Source: Phyllobates terribilis (lineage: Eukaryota). From it: a stretch of 64,000 bases of DNA. Location: assembly GCF_046119375.1 (NCBI RefSeq), contig NW_027362765.1:174654001-174718000 (forward strand). Reading direction: 5' to 3'. The notes beneath the pieces were generated by a model. The model was not told the origin of the DNA. It saw only the letters and a list, made by a program, of their open reading frames with translations, and did no database searches. The position numbers were made by a program, and so were the translations under genes. Position 1 is the first letter of the stretch, and each line of letters starts with the position of its first letter. This document shows, in pieces, positions 50,569 to 62,870 of the stretch.

Positions 50569-52058
50569 TATACAGCACGAGGAACGGCGTAAAAAATAAA
50601 CGCTAGGGTTGTCCTAGGGTTAGGAATTTTTCAAAAGTAAAGAAAAAAAAAAAAAGTGACAATATGGCGACTAGTATTGAGTGCAAGTGTTCGCTACTTG
50701 AGTTTGCATCGGGTGCTCGGGTATGCACCGAGTATCCGCTCTCAATTCCAGTCAATCTTACATTCAAAAAGTCACACAGTGCTCCTTCCCTTCTGAACCC
50801 TGGTTAATAAAGTTCTTGAATGTGGTTTTGAGCACCTTGAGGGGTGCAGTTTTTAGAATGGTGTCACTTTTGGGTATTTTCTATCATAAAGGCCCCTCAG
50901 TGACTTAAAATGTGATGTGGTCCCTAAAAAAATGGTTTTGTAAATTTTGTTGAAAAAAAAAAATTAGAAATCGCCGGTCAACTTTTAACCCTTATATCTC
51001 CCTAATAAAAAAGCATTTTGTTTCCAAAATTGTGCTGATATAAAGTCGACATGTGGGAAATGTTATTTATTAACTCTTTTGTGTGATATATCTCTCTGAT
51101 TTAAGGGTATTAAAATTCAAATTTTGAAAACTGCAAAATTTTCGCCAAATTTCTGATTTTTTTCACAAATAAACACAAGTCATATTGAAGAAATTTTTCC
51201 ACAATCATGAAGTACAATATGTCACGAAAAAACAAACTCAGAATCAGTGGGATCCGTTGAAGCGTTCCAGAGTAATTACCTCATAAAGTGACAGTGGTCA
51301 GAATTGTAAAAATTGGCCTGGTCATTAACGTGCAAACCACCTTTGGGGGTAAAGGGGTTAAACAGCTCCAGTAAAGCAGCCTGACCTGATCTGAATGTTT
51401 TTTTTTTTTTAACCTACATATTACCCTTAAATCTGCATGTAAATAGCATTTCTAGACATGAAAGGGCTATGTTGAAATGCAATATGTCCAAGCATGCACA
51501 AGTCATTTTACAGACAAGTCAGTGCTAGTAGTTTCAATTTACTATCTTTCACTGCGCCAAATGACGCAGTTTGTACGTCTGTCCCCGTCATTCAGGAGCA
51601 CATAGCCGTGGCCATGACTGACCCACAAAGTACCATGTTCAGTTCACCTAAGAGGTTGCCCAGCTTCTATTCTATCACTTAGTGGATCCCCCGCTGGCTT
51701 ATGCTTCCTGGTCCCACCTAGACTGCCAGCAATGGTACACACACTATGCTCAGCCAATCACTGTCTGCAGTCGGGATCCTGTTAGCAACTGTCTGAGCAG
51801 CATTTCCCAGCAATGCGTGAGCGTCAGGAGCAATAAGTAGAAACCGGTCAGAGTAGCCAGGCAGCTTCATGGGAGAGCAGGAGAATTTTGCTTAATTTAT
51901 TTAAAAAACACTCTGAGCCCTTTACTATAAATGTTTCACTGCTGGAGTACCCCTTTAACATTATTAAACCATGCAAAATGAGTCATCAAGAATTATAGTG
52001 TATGTGAAAGTGTTTACATTACATTCAGGTGCTCATTTTGAATCAAGGAGGTAATTAA

Positions 52059-52511
52059 AAGGGAATCTGTCACCAGATTTTTGCCACCTCATCTGAGAGC
52101 AGCATGATATAAGGGCAGATTCCTTGATTCCAGTGAATTGTCACTTACTGAGCTGTTTGCTGTACTTTTAATAAAATCCCTGTTTTCTCTGCTGTAGATC
52201 TAGCAGTTCTCTGAATGCTGAGCTCTGTATAACTCCACCCTCAGCACTGATCAGCAGATTTCTGTGTAGCTGTGTATAGGCAGAAAGCTGCCAATCAGTG
52301 GTGGGAGCTTGGTTATACAGAACATATGAATATGGAAGACTACATGGCAGTAGGTTTACTAGTCCTATAGTGATAAAATCACTGATTTATCAGCAGGAGA
52401 TTATCACTAAGAGCAAGCAGCACAATAAGAGACAACGCTGTAATCGGGGTCTCTGTACCTACATCATGCTGCCATCAGATTAGGTGGCAAAAACTAGGTA
52501 ACAGATTCCCT
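52059..52511. mobile_element. TTAA-flanked MITE (T2/Kolobok-like) in CBX1 intron 3
   Basis: TIR AGGGAATCTGTCACC / GGTAACAGATTCCCT; TTAA at 52055-58 and 52512-15. Confidence 0.75.
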
Positions 52512-52720
52512 TTAATATCTTCCTTAAGACATCAGGTTAGACCAATGTGTGTTAAGACAGTAACCATTCCCCACTGTACACTGAAAAAAGGCAAATATCA
52601 CAAAAACTATGAAAATTGTAACAGAGGGTGAAAACAATGAAACAAATATTACATATACGGAGTTGTTGAGATTTATGTAACAGAAGTTTCAAAGTGTTTT
52701 GGTTCTTCAACTATTCTTAC

Positions 52721-52895
52721 CTCATCTTTCTTTTTCTTGGACTTAACCTCTTCACTCACAATTTCAGTGTCAGAATCCGCCTTGCGCTTCCCATCTGATC
52801 TGTCCGACTCATGCGCGCTTTTCTGTGATTGTAGGAACTCTGCGATAAGATCAGGACAGTCCAAGTTCTCTTCTGGCTCCCAAGTGTTGTCATCA
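52721..52895 (-). CDS. cbx1: CBX1 coding exon 2 (chromodomain C-terminal half and hinge)
   Basis: (D)[42 protein letters not shown]...KKKKDE; TGCAG acceptor, GAG|GTAAG donor; 175 nt. Confidence 0.97.
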
Positions 52896-54174
52896 CTGCA
52901 AACACCAGATCCATTCAGACTCAACTGACTCCCAAACCCCCAAAACATTTCATTTCCATTACACCATCATACATTTTTTGCTTAACAGATGATAGGTGCC
53001 AAGCAGCAGCTTCTTTCACAGCACAAGAGGATTGCACATGTTGAAATTCAATATTCATCCTTATTTCCCCCATCTGATGACCAAGGATTTGTTCTTAACT
53101 TGAATTTCCCAATCGATAGTCCATACATAGTCAATCTGTATAATCAGTGCTGCAGTGTAAATCAGGAGGGATGATCAGTGCAGCAGCTTTAGCTTAACAG
53201 TCATCTGCAGGGCGCAGTCAGACGGCCATATAACTCGTGCAAGGATCACACGGACTGGTCGTCTGCTCTCCTGACCTGAGCGTGACAGCATTTATTTCTA
53301 TGCAGCCATCACGCTCAGGTCAGAAGAGCCGACAACCGATGCGATAGTCACGCGAGTTATACGGCCGTCTGACTGTGCCCTTAGGCCACAGCCCCACTAT
53401 CAGTATTCGGTCAGTATTTTTTCTCAGGAGTGGGAGCCAAAACCAGGTGAGGAACAATCAGAGAAAAGATATAATAGAAACGAGTCACCAATTCTGCATT
53501 TATCACCCACTCCTGGTTTTGTCTCCCACTCCTGAGAAAAAATACTGACCAAATACTGATAGTGGAGCCCACGCAGACTTCCATTAGTGAGTGCAGCTAA
53601 GCTGCAAGTCCCTGATCATAATGGCATGCCACTTCGTAACGTATGATGACACTTTAGACCAAAATATCAGCCCGTTGTAAATTTACTAAGGTTTTTTTTG
53701 TTTGTGCATATGTGGGCAAAAACGACTGATGTTTTTAGAAGGCATAAAACTCAATGCATTAACATGAGACTACCAATAACGTGCCAGGAATTAACCTGTA
53801 AAAATGCTTTGGCAGACTGGGCTAAGTGAGATTTGTAGCCTCTTCAGAAGAGAACGTTTTCTGCCCTGAAACTGAATGTTTTTTTTTTTTTTTATCACAA
53901 ATGCAAATAGAAAACTGAACTTTGAATATGCAGAACAAAATTCCCATTTATACTTTCCACTGCCAGGATGTTGGCGCCTTATCAGAATCTCCCGATAATC
54001 CTTTTTTGTTGCACATTTGCTGTAATTTTACACTCCTTATTACCAACAGAACATTGAAAGACGCTCATAGTCCGACATCTTGTCGTCTGTTATTGAGAAC
54101 CCAACACAAATATACAGTAGCTGCCAGATCTCACCAGGTAGAAAACGCCACTTAACTTGCCATAATCAGACTTA

Positions 54175-54333
<159 letters not shown>

Positions 54334-54733
54334 TTAATGAATCTGTATGGGATAGAGAAGAGATCAAGAGATGAAGACACTATATAAAGATATTAAATAG
54401 AGGCAAAATGCTGCATTTACTTGGTGTCACTGCTGCCTTGTCTGTTGCATCGTACTGTGAATTGCTAATTTTGCTGACCAGAGCCTGCAGATTGTGTGTG
54501 AATAATGGCCAATGGCACCGAGTTTACCAGACATGTTATCTGTCAGTTTGGGCTTGTTCATCTGTTTTTAGGTGAAAATACAAATGTATGAGATGATTAG
54601 CGGATCATCTGCTACTTTGTGCAAGTCCATGGAGTTAAAAAAAAGTTGCTAGTCCTCAATTTTAGAGCAGCATCTTAAGGGTTGAATCCAATAGTCAACA
54701 GATCAACCTTGCTCTGGATGATCATTGTCTTAA

Positions 54734-55043
54734 AGAGATTGTCCATTACTCGGACAGCTCCGTCTCACTTAGCATGTTTACACCAGTAAAATAACACTCA
54801 TTCTCACCTCCGATGCTGGCCCACTTTCAGCACTGGATCTCCCGGGCGGTTATGACATATGAGCTATACACCCAATCAGCGCTGGCGTCACTGTCCCTGC
54901 CATGGGATGAATCAGACATCAAGAGGAAGTGAGCGGCCAACCACACGTGAACCAATGCAGACACTGGAGGTGAGTATAAGTGTTAATCTACTAGTGCAAG
55001 CATGAAGAGTCAGACGGGGCTGTCCGAGTAATGGACAACCCCT
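54734..55043. mobile_element. TTAA-flanked MITE in CBX1 intron 1
   Basis: TIR ..TTGTCCATTACTCGGACAGC / GCTGTCCGAGTAATGGACAA..; TTAA at both ends. Confidence 0.78.
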
Positions 55044-55125
55044 TTAAGGCCCCCATACAGAGAGAGATTTCAGATGAACGATCGGTCAGCCAGCAGTCTG
55101 ACTCCCCCAATACACAGGAGTGTAA

Positions 55126-55751
55126 AGGCCCCGTCACACTAAGCGATATAGCTAGCGAGATCGCTGCTGTGTCACGGTTTTGGTGACTCACCAGCGACCT
55201 CACCAGCGATGTCGCTGTGTGTGACACTTTGCAACGATCAGGCCCCTGCTGTGAGGTCGCTGATCGTTGCAAAGTGTTCTGGACCATTTTTTGGTCGTTG
55301 GCCTCCCGCTGGCCAGCACACATCGCTGTGTGTGACCAGCGGGACCAACGATCTGGCTGGTAACCATGGTAAATATCGGGTTACTAGGGGCACGCGCGCA
55401 CTTAGTAACCCGCTGTTTACCATAGATACCACTCTGCTACGGTGAGCGGAGGCTCCAGCGCACAGTAGCAGAGAGGTATCCATGGTAAACAGCGGGTTAC
55501 TAGGGGCACACGCGCACTTAGTAACCCGATATTTACCATAGTTACCAGCCTGCTCCTGCTTAAGCAGCAGGCTGGGAACGGGAGCAGGACATCGTGGAAC
55601 GATTCTTTCCACAATATCGCTGCTCCCCTCATCGCTGGTGAGCCTGCCTGTTTGACAGCTCACCAGCGATGTATTAGCGATGCAGCAACGATCCCTGACA
55701 GGTCGTATCGTTGTCGGGATCGCTGCTGCATCGCTTAGTGTGACGGGGCCT
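55126..55751. mobile_element. Harbinger-like MITE (TIR AGGCCCCGTCACACTAAGCGA, TAA/TTA flanks)
   Basis: Perfect terminal inverted repeat; internal tandem palindromic modules GGTAAAYATCGGGTTACTA...TAGTAACCCG. Confidence 0.78.
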
Positions 55752-56644
55752 TTAGGCTTGGCCAAGGGCTTCTGTGCTCTCTATGAGACCCGCTGCCAGA
55801 CTCCTCTGGTGGGATCTTATCTCCACGGAGAACAAAAGGATCGTTCACTGAAATTCAGCAGCTCGGATTCTTCTCTCCCCCAACATCATCTGTCTGAAGG
55901 CCCCTATATGTATTAGACTGACTGCCAATCTGCTGTTATTGGTGGTTTCAGCCGACTTTGGTCTAATGTGTACAGAGGCCTGTAAGTAAATGGCCATATC
56001 CATAAGGACAGGTGAGCAGATCTGTACAAAATAGGAAGTGTCAGTTTCAGATGAGGATCAGCGTTCAGAGAGAAAATGAAATAATAATAAAAAAAAAAAA
56101 AAAAGCAAGAGTGATTGAGGACACGTTCCTTTTATAGGAGGAGTATGGAGAAATCCCATGCCACGTCTTCCTGAAGGTAAGTGCTGAGCTCTGCTGGAGG
56201 TTTGGACAACTCCGTGGCCACTGAAGATATTTTGTAGGTGCCAATGATGGCACAGTCTTACCAGCCTTGTGAAATAGTTACTGCTCACAGCCAAGAGGAG
56301 AAAACCCACATCCACTCCCACCTTGACCCTACCAGCGGTCTGGGACTGGCCCACCGGAGTAGGTGAATCCCTCGGTGGGCCCCAGTGTAAGAGAGCGCTC
56401 CTACATGAGCAGTGCTGGCACTACCACTGTGTCCAGATAAAGGCAGCCTCTCATCATTCATTTACAAAGCTATCCAGCATATTATATAGGAGCAGAGGGG
56501 AACTTGTTAGTGAGGGTAGTGTAATATTTGCATGTAGCTGAGTAGTGGCCCCAGAGTCAGTAACAGGTGGCACACCAGCCCAGCCTACCCACATCTCCCA
56601 GGTGGTACATGGAGATGGGCTCCATAGCTGAACCAATCACATCT

Positions 56645-57118
56645 CCTGGCGCGAGGAGCATTCCCAGCGCCCGCAGTCCTCCTGGCCAGAGGAGCATTCC
56701 CAGCGCCCGCAGTCCTCCTGGCCAGAGGAGCATTCCCAGCGCCCGCAGTCCTCCTGGCCAGAGGAGCATTCCCAGCGCCCGCAGTCCTCCTGGCCAGAGG
56801 AGCATTCCCAGCGCCCGCAGTCCTCCTGGCCAGAGGAGCATTCCCAGCGCCCGCAGTCCTCCTGGCCAGAGGAGCATTCCCAGCGCCCGCAGTCCTCCTG
56901 GCCAGAGGAGCATTCCCAGCGCCCGCAGTCCTCCTGGCCAGAGGAGCATTCCCAGCGCCCGCAGTCCTCCTGGCCAGAGGAGCATTCCCAGCGCCCGCAG
57001 TCCTCCTGGCCAGAGGAGCATTCCCAGCGCCCGCAGTCCTCCTGGCCAGAGGAGCATTCCCAGCGCCCGCAGTCCTCCTGGCCAGAGGAGCATTCCCAGC
57101 GCCCGCAGTCCTCCTGGC
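56645..57118. repeat. 36-bp near-perfect tandem repeat (CCTGGCCAGAGGAGCATTCCCAGCGCCCGCAGTCCT) x13 in CBX1 intron 1
   Basis: Read directly; no spacers between units. Confidence 0.97.
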
Positions 57119-57339
57119 ATGTAAAGTGGCCCCATTAGTGCTCAGCTGTATGACATTCCCCTGGTGCAGGCCCCGTGCCCAGCAGTGAGGGCGCAACTTA
57201 CTCGGGTATAACTTTGCTCACCCTGCTGGCACAGGAGCATCAGATCTACAAGCGACCGGTCACACCCGCCGCCAGCCGGAGCAGCGTGCGGCACCAGCAC
57301 GTCATACCGGATTGCTCGGAGCAGCAGTGAACATCTCAC

Positions 57340-57480
57340 CTGTGAAGCGGTCCGGCGGCTGGTCTCCCCGGGCTCTCAGGCCTGTCGCTGTACCTGGGAA
57401 GGCGCCTCCAGCGAAGCAGAACCGTTCAGCAGCCGGTGGTGCCGCTGTAATTGGCGCGCTGCACGGCCTCCAAGCGCTCT
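57340..57480 (-). other. cbx1: Probable non-coding exon 1 of CBX1 (5' boundary approximate)
   Basis: Strong donor CAG|GTGAG on the - strand at 57340/57339 in a CpG island; no ATG in 57340-57480. Confidence 0.6.
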
Positions 57481-57820
57481 CCCAGTTCACGTGATCCGGT
57501 TCGGTTCTGGGAATGTGGCGCCTCCTAACAAAAGGATCTGCTCTGCCGCCACCAACAAGTAGCAGTGCGCATGCGCCGCGTCTCCGAGCATCACGGGAGC
57601 TGTAGTTCCGTTTCAACAGCGTGTACCTCACTAATGAATATTCCACTCCACAGCGGGATACTGCACCAAAAACTGCTCGACGTGATTAGTCATCATGTGC
57701 GGGATGGGATGTAGATGATGAGAGCCTGTTATTATTAGTATACAGAAATATAAAAGCGAAGGCTTCCGGACTGGAAACTACACTTCCCAGAATCCTGCGC
57801 GCATTGCCCGGAAGTGATCT
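57480..57820. promoter_or_regulatory. Bidirectional CBX1/SNX11 CpG promoter
   Basis: Divergent ZNF143/THAP11-type motifs ACTACAGCTCCCGTGATGC (-, 57588-57606) and ACTACACTTCCCAGAATCC (+, 57777-57795); NRF1 site TGCGCATGCGC (57566-57576); E-box TCACGTGA (57487-57494); ETS CCGGAAG on both strands (57763-69, 57808-16). Confidence 0.82.
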
Positions 57821-57870
57821 TTAGAAGAAAACAGCTGAGAGGAGACCACGGGGAGTGGTGGTTATCGTGG
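57800..57870 (+). other. snx11: Probable non-coding exon 1 of SNX11 (5' boundary approximate)
   Basis: Donor GG|GTGAGA at 57870/57871 downstream of the promoter motifs. Confidence 0.5.
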
Positions 57871-58033
57871 GTGAGATGCTTTATGTGTCTGCTGCTGTGG
57901 AGGGGATATGTAAGGATGTGGTCCGTACCGAGGTGATATATGGGGTATATGATATTAGGAGATAATGTAAACATATACAGGATATGTTATAACGAGGTGA
58001 TATAGGGGATATACCTTCTTACAAGGTGATTAA

Positions 58034-58726
58034 AGGGAATCTAAACTATTAATATGGGCATACAGGTCATAGACTGCTGAGGAGAGCGATACATGTATGC
58101 CTCATATCCGATGCCTTGTTATGGATAAATCATCTTTTATCACTTTATATAAATGTCCTCTTCCAGGCTATGGGGAGGATGCTGCCTGGAAGGTAACTCT
58201 GCCTCCAGAGATGATTATACATGAAGGGGGAGTTACCAGTGTGAGACAAGTAACTAACACAGAACAGGAGAACTGAACTGAACTTTGTCCCATTACAAAC
58301 ACATTTTCTTCTCTCTGAGCTCTGCTGTATTGTAACAATATTACATTCTGTCTGCCTGTGAGCTGGAGGCTGAAGCTGAGAGGAACCTGCAGATGTGTCC
58401 TGTATAATCACACACAGCTCTGCAGTGAGATCAGGAGAGCGGCCATTACACCTCACACTGGTAACCATTACACCTCACACTGGTAACCATTACACCTCAC
58501 TGGTAACTCCCCCTTCATGTATAATAATCTCTGGAGGCAGAGTTACCTTCCAGGCAGCGTCCGCCCCATAGCCTGGAAGAGCTCACTTACATAAACTGAT
58601 AAAAGATGATTTATCAGCAACAAGGTATTTGATATGTGATATACAATTATGACTTTTTTCAGCAGTCTATAACCTGTATGCCCATAGTAATAGCTAAGAT
58701 AGGTCAAATATGGTGGCAGATTCTCT
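58034..58726. mobile_element. TTAA-flanked fold-back MITE in SNX11 intron 1
   Basis: TTAA at 58030-33 and 58727-30; long internal inverted arms (about 58060-58247 / 58497-58690); 22-bp triplet repeat near the centre. Confidence 0.75.
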
Positions 58727-58823
58727 TTAATCCGTTTACATTATTGAAGTGTGTTATGTGTTGAGATTTTGTCTCTGTTCTTGTTACAGATGAAAGCTCC
58801 TTTGACCAGAAAGAAGCTGGAGG

Positions 58824-58850
58824 ATGTATCAGAATAACCCTGATGAGGAG
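58824..58850 (+). CDS. snx11: SNX11 first coding exon (MYQNNPDEE)
   Basis: Exon 58790-58850 with TTACAG| acceptor and GAG|GTGAGA donor; in frame with the next exon; resembles MSENQEQE of SNX11. Confidence 0.75.
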
Positions 58851-60459
58851 GTGAGACTCGTTGCTCAGTGTAGGTGAAGGGATATTGGGCCGTGGGCAGT
58901 GGAGTTTAGGAATCGTGGGTCACTTCACTTATAGGGGATATCATTCCCAGAAACCTTTACTACTTGCAGTTGGCTTATTAGATTTATTTTTACATGTGAA
59001 TATTTGTGGTTTGGTTTATAGGCGGTGATATTTAGGAAACACCATCTTTACCTCCCTTTCCTGACATGTATGGAAGGTCGGAGGCACGGGTTACTCCTAT
59101 TACAGCTGCCTCTGCTGAAACGGCCAGGATCTGAGAAAGCTCTGGGTTTAGTATCAAAGTAGTTGTGGTGACAAAGGGAAAAGGGAGCCCCTTTTTCTGT
59201 ACATCAGACCGCCTGCCCTCTTTGTACACCTATTTTTGCAAGATTAAAAAATATATATTACTTTTTTTCCCCTTTTATAAAGTGCCTTATTAATGGAAAA
59301 AAATAAACATTGAAAAATGCAATTGGTATTGCCACATCCATAATGACCTGTCCTATAATGTTAAGACATTGCACAGTGAACACCATAAAAAAAGAATATT
59401 AAAACTATGGCAAATTTTCCCATCCCCCTCAGAGTATTGCTGGCTTATCCTGCAGCGCACACTCATCCAAGCAACTCTCCGTACATCTTGTAGTGGCTGG
59501 GCCTGGCATCCTAGATTATTTCCATGGATGAGACGGAGCAGCAGTACTAGGTACAGACTCTGCAGAGTGTTTACTGAGCAAAGTCCATGCAATGATGGGG
59601 ATCACTGCGGCCTCTTCAGTCTGAATGGTGGGAGTACAAATCAGCCAAGAATACATCAATATTATATTATATAGAAAACATGAAATTCTATTTTGAAATA
59701 TACTGTAAAGTTCACTTGCAGCCAAAAATGAAATCTTCACATCACAGTAGAGTCTATATGTAAAGTGTAATGTTTCTACTTCAATGTTCAGCTGTGTTAT
59801 CTCCAGAACTGTGAATATCTATTTATTCGAAGTGTACAGTCCCACAGCTTTGGTCACTTCTCAGCATACAGGCGAGCATATGTTACACCTGCCTTTTGTC
59901 AGACTGCACTTCTCCTCCCTTTATCCGTGTTAGTGGCCTCCATTATCAGGCACCACGCGTTTTCTGTTAGATACAGTGAGGCATTTGGCGATGGAAAGGC
60001 AAGAAGAGCAGTGTACAGGAGTGGCTATGCCCCTACAAGGAACTTAGTTTTGTGATCATATCATTGAGGAGGAAGGTCCTGGCAGGGCTGTATCTAAATA
60101 ATGATATTAACGATTATGGATAGCAGCAAAAACAATTACATTTCTGTTTCTGGCAGAGTTATGGAGGGCTGGCAAAGAAAGGCCATGAATCTTAAAGGGG
60201 TATTCCCATCTCCAAGATCCTATTCCAATATGTAGTAGATGGGAATACCCCTTTAAGCCTTTATTCTCAGAAGTTCTTGATATCATCCTTTACATGGGCT
60301 GATGTAGCATCACTGATGTTGTTGTGAGCCGTGTGTGGTCTGTTTTACACTACTACACTCATCTGGTCTGTGGATTTACAACTTAAAAATGATTTGATAA
60401 TGGCTGATGTGATATTTGTAGCTTAATCTAAACCATTTACCTGCTTATTGTTTATCTAG

Positions 60460-60546
60460 GAGTTTATCACTATACGTGTACAGGACCCCAGACTGCAGAA
60501 TGAGGGATCATGGACGTCGTATGTGGATTATAAAATATTCCTTCAT
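60460..60546 (+). CDS. snx11: SNX11 second coding exon (PX domain start)
   Basis: EFITIRVQDPRLQNEGSWTSYVDYKIFLH matches SNX11/SNX10; head-to-head position with CBX1 favours SNX11; CTAG| acceptor, CAT|GTAAGT donor. The gene continues beyond the window. Confidence 0.92.
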
Positions 60547-61730
60547 GTAAGTCCTTATTTTTCTAATGTTGGAGTCAAGATAGGGGGTGGAGAGGGTCAC
60601 ATACGAAACTCACCATAATTATATTTTTGCCAAAATCTTCAATACCATATCCCTGCTCCTGTAAAGTTGCATAGTGGTTATTTTGCTGGTCACATAGGTT
60701 TCTCAAAAATAGAAAGAACTAATAAGAGCCGAATGGATGTATTAACGCATTTACTGAAGAGGTGAAATCTAAGGGAAAGACCTGACAGGGCTGCACTGAG
60801 GTGGCTGCAATGGAGGGGAAATGTGGTGGCATGTAGCCATGGCGGTTAGTTAAATGTGTTCATGATTTTGCAATGAAGCAGCTGTCTCTCCTGGAAAACT
60901 GAGTGTCTGACTGTAGTTTTTTTTTTTGTTGTTGTTTTTCTTTTTAGATGAAAGTTGTTTTTTGTTTTTTTGTTTTTATGCCAAAATCGTGCACCAAATT
61001 AATCACCAATCTAAAAACCAAAGTGTCTCCAGGCTGCCATGGATTTTGAAAATAAAAATATCCTCACTGGCATTGCAAAGTCCATCACATTGCGGCTTCT
61101 TGTATATGTGTATATCCGAGGGCAGCTCTCCTATCATCTAGGGTTGCAAGCGCTCACAATAAGGGCGCACAGCAGCAGTGAATCACACGGGCCATCAAAC
61201 TATCTCCAATGTGCTTATTCCACAATGCGGGTTCTGCCCTACCTGGCCTTATCGTGAGATCATTACCTGGTGTTTTTTGTAATTAAAGATGAAATGATTT
61301 ATATCATGGGACATCTTATTGCATCATATGGTGCACATGCTGCTATGACTGTTATGTCTAATATACATGAACCTCTGGTCATCTTGTGCCTGCCCAATCC
61401 AAGGAAAACTGACACTCGCAACTTCATAAAAGAGAACAACTCTGTATGCACTGTAATGTCGGCCATTAATGTTGTCACTTGGTCTGCATGGGTTACAAAT
61501 ACCATTATATGGCTGAACAGAATATCAAGGGGAGAATGTTGTGTTTTAGATGCATCACAGATTACTGTGGGCCTATTGAAGAGTTGGGCAATCAATTTTC
61601 CTGAGTGGCCACATATGAATCTGTCAGAGTGCCGAACCAATAGATGGAACTTAATTCTGCTCAATATTTTATCATTATAAAATAATCAGTAAATTTATAT
61701 GGTTTTGATTATCTGCTCCTGGTGTACATG

Positions 61731-62739
61731 AAAGATTTGGAGGAAAAATTAAGCGACATCAAAGCCCCAAATATGAAATGACAAATTTTATTAAATATAC
61801 ATATACAAGAAAAGTATATAAATTACGTAGAGCTTACGGGCACCAAGTGCCACATGTGCTGGTAAAAAGCAAAGAAACCACAAACCCCCAAGGAAAATTT
61901 ACTTATAATGAAGGGTCCAATATAGGAACACCAGGGCCACATATAGAAATTCATTTGTATCAAAGGGAACAATTCCCGAATACCAAATCACATTTCAAAA
62001 GAGATGAAACATAACTGATAAGTTACATATAGGAAACCCGTATGCCACTAATAAAATTATGCAAAGCCTACAAAAAAAATATCAAGGGGCAGCAAAGCAG
62101 GAGTAGTCAGCAAAAGGGATATGTACCACATATATAATTACCCCCTGACGAAGGCCCGCCGAAACGCGCGTAGGGGTGACACCACCCCCCCCCCCCCCCT
62201 TTTCCCAGGGTCACTATTGGGGCCTGCTACCTAGGTAATTATATATGTGGTACATATCCCTTTTGCTGACTACTCCTGCTTTGCTGCCCCTTGATATTTT
62301 TTTTTGTAGGCTTTGCATAATTTTATTAGTGGCATACGGGTTTCCTATATGTAACTTATCAGTTATGTTTCATCTCTTTTGAAATGTGATTTGGCATTTG
62401 GGAATTGTTCCCTTTGATACAAATGAATTTCTATATGTGGCCCTGGTGTTCCTATATTGGACCCTTCATTATAAGTAAATTTTCCTTGGGGGTTTGTGGT
62501 GTCTTTGCTTCTTACCAGCACATGTGGCACTTGGTGCCCGTAAGCTCTATGTAATTTATATACTTTTCTTGTATATGTATATTTAATAAAATTTGTCATT
62601 TCATATTTGGGGCTTTGATGTCGCTTAATTTTTCCTCCAAATCTTTCATGTCTTATCTGCGATGCCCCGTTTATTTCTATCCTTTTGTCCGAGTATTAAT
62701 GCTTTGTGATTTAATGCGGATAACTCTGTGGTACATCTT
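61731..62739 (+). mobile_element. Non-coding Penelope-like fold-back insertion (pseudo-LTR only) in an SNX11 intron
   Basis: About 417-bp inverted arms 61726-62142 / 62234-62651; 12-bp TSD CTGGTGTACATG (61719-61730, 62740-62751); hammerhead motif in the loop. Confidence 0.85.
62138..62179 (+). ncRNA. Minimal type I hammerhead ribozyme with intact core
   Basis: TTACCCC-CTGACGA-AGGCCCGCC-GAAA-C-GCGC-G-TA-GGGGTGA; predicted cleavage after A62172 (GUA). Confidence 0.8.
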
Positions 62740-62870
62740 CTGGTGTACATGGTGCTTTATTTTAACATGTTTTAGCAGTTCATCAAGTAGTTGAAAAATT
62801 AACTGTCCAGCCCCGTGAAATGAATGGATCTATGTGTATGAGGCCCAAATATCTTTTCACCCAGACCATC

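Larger units (their letters stand above)
44873..51357. mobile_element. Non-autonomous piggyBac-type element in CBX1 intron 3, carrying a nested insertion
   Basis: TTAA-CCCCTT ends (44869-72, 51358-61); 50790-51330 is a diverged reverse-complement copy of 17530-18070 of the autonomous piggyBac. Confidence 0.78.

Noticed and set aside
50605-50625. Telomere-like TAGGGTT words (also TAACCCTAAC near 21241)
   Set aside because: Fewer than two full units, within transposon-derived sequence.
56645-57118. 36-bp repeats of CRISPR-like length
   Set aside because: No spacers, eukaryotic context, no cas genes.
61270-61680. 136-aa (+) and 121-aa (-) ORFs in an SNX11 intron, with an ICDASK motif weakly like RNase H
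   Set aside because: No further motifs recognisable, no splice context; at best an ancient TE remnant.
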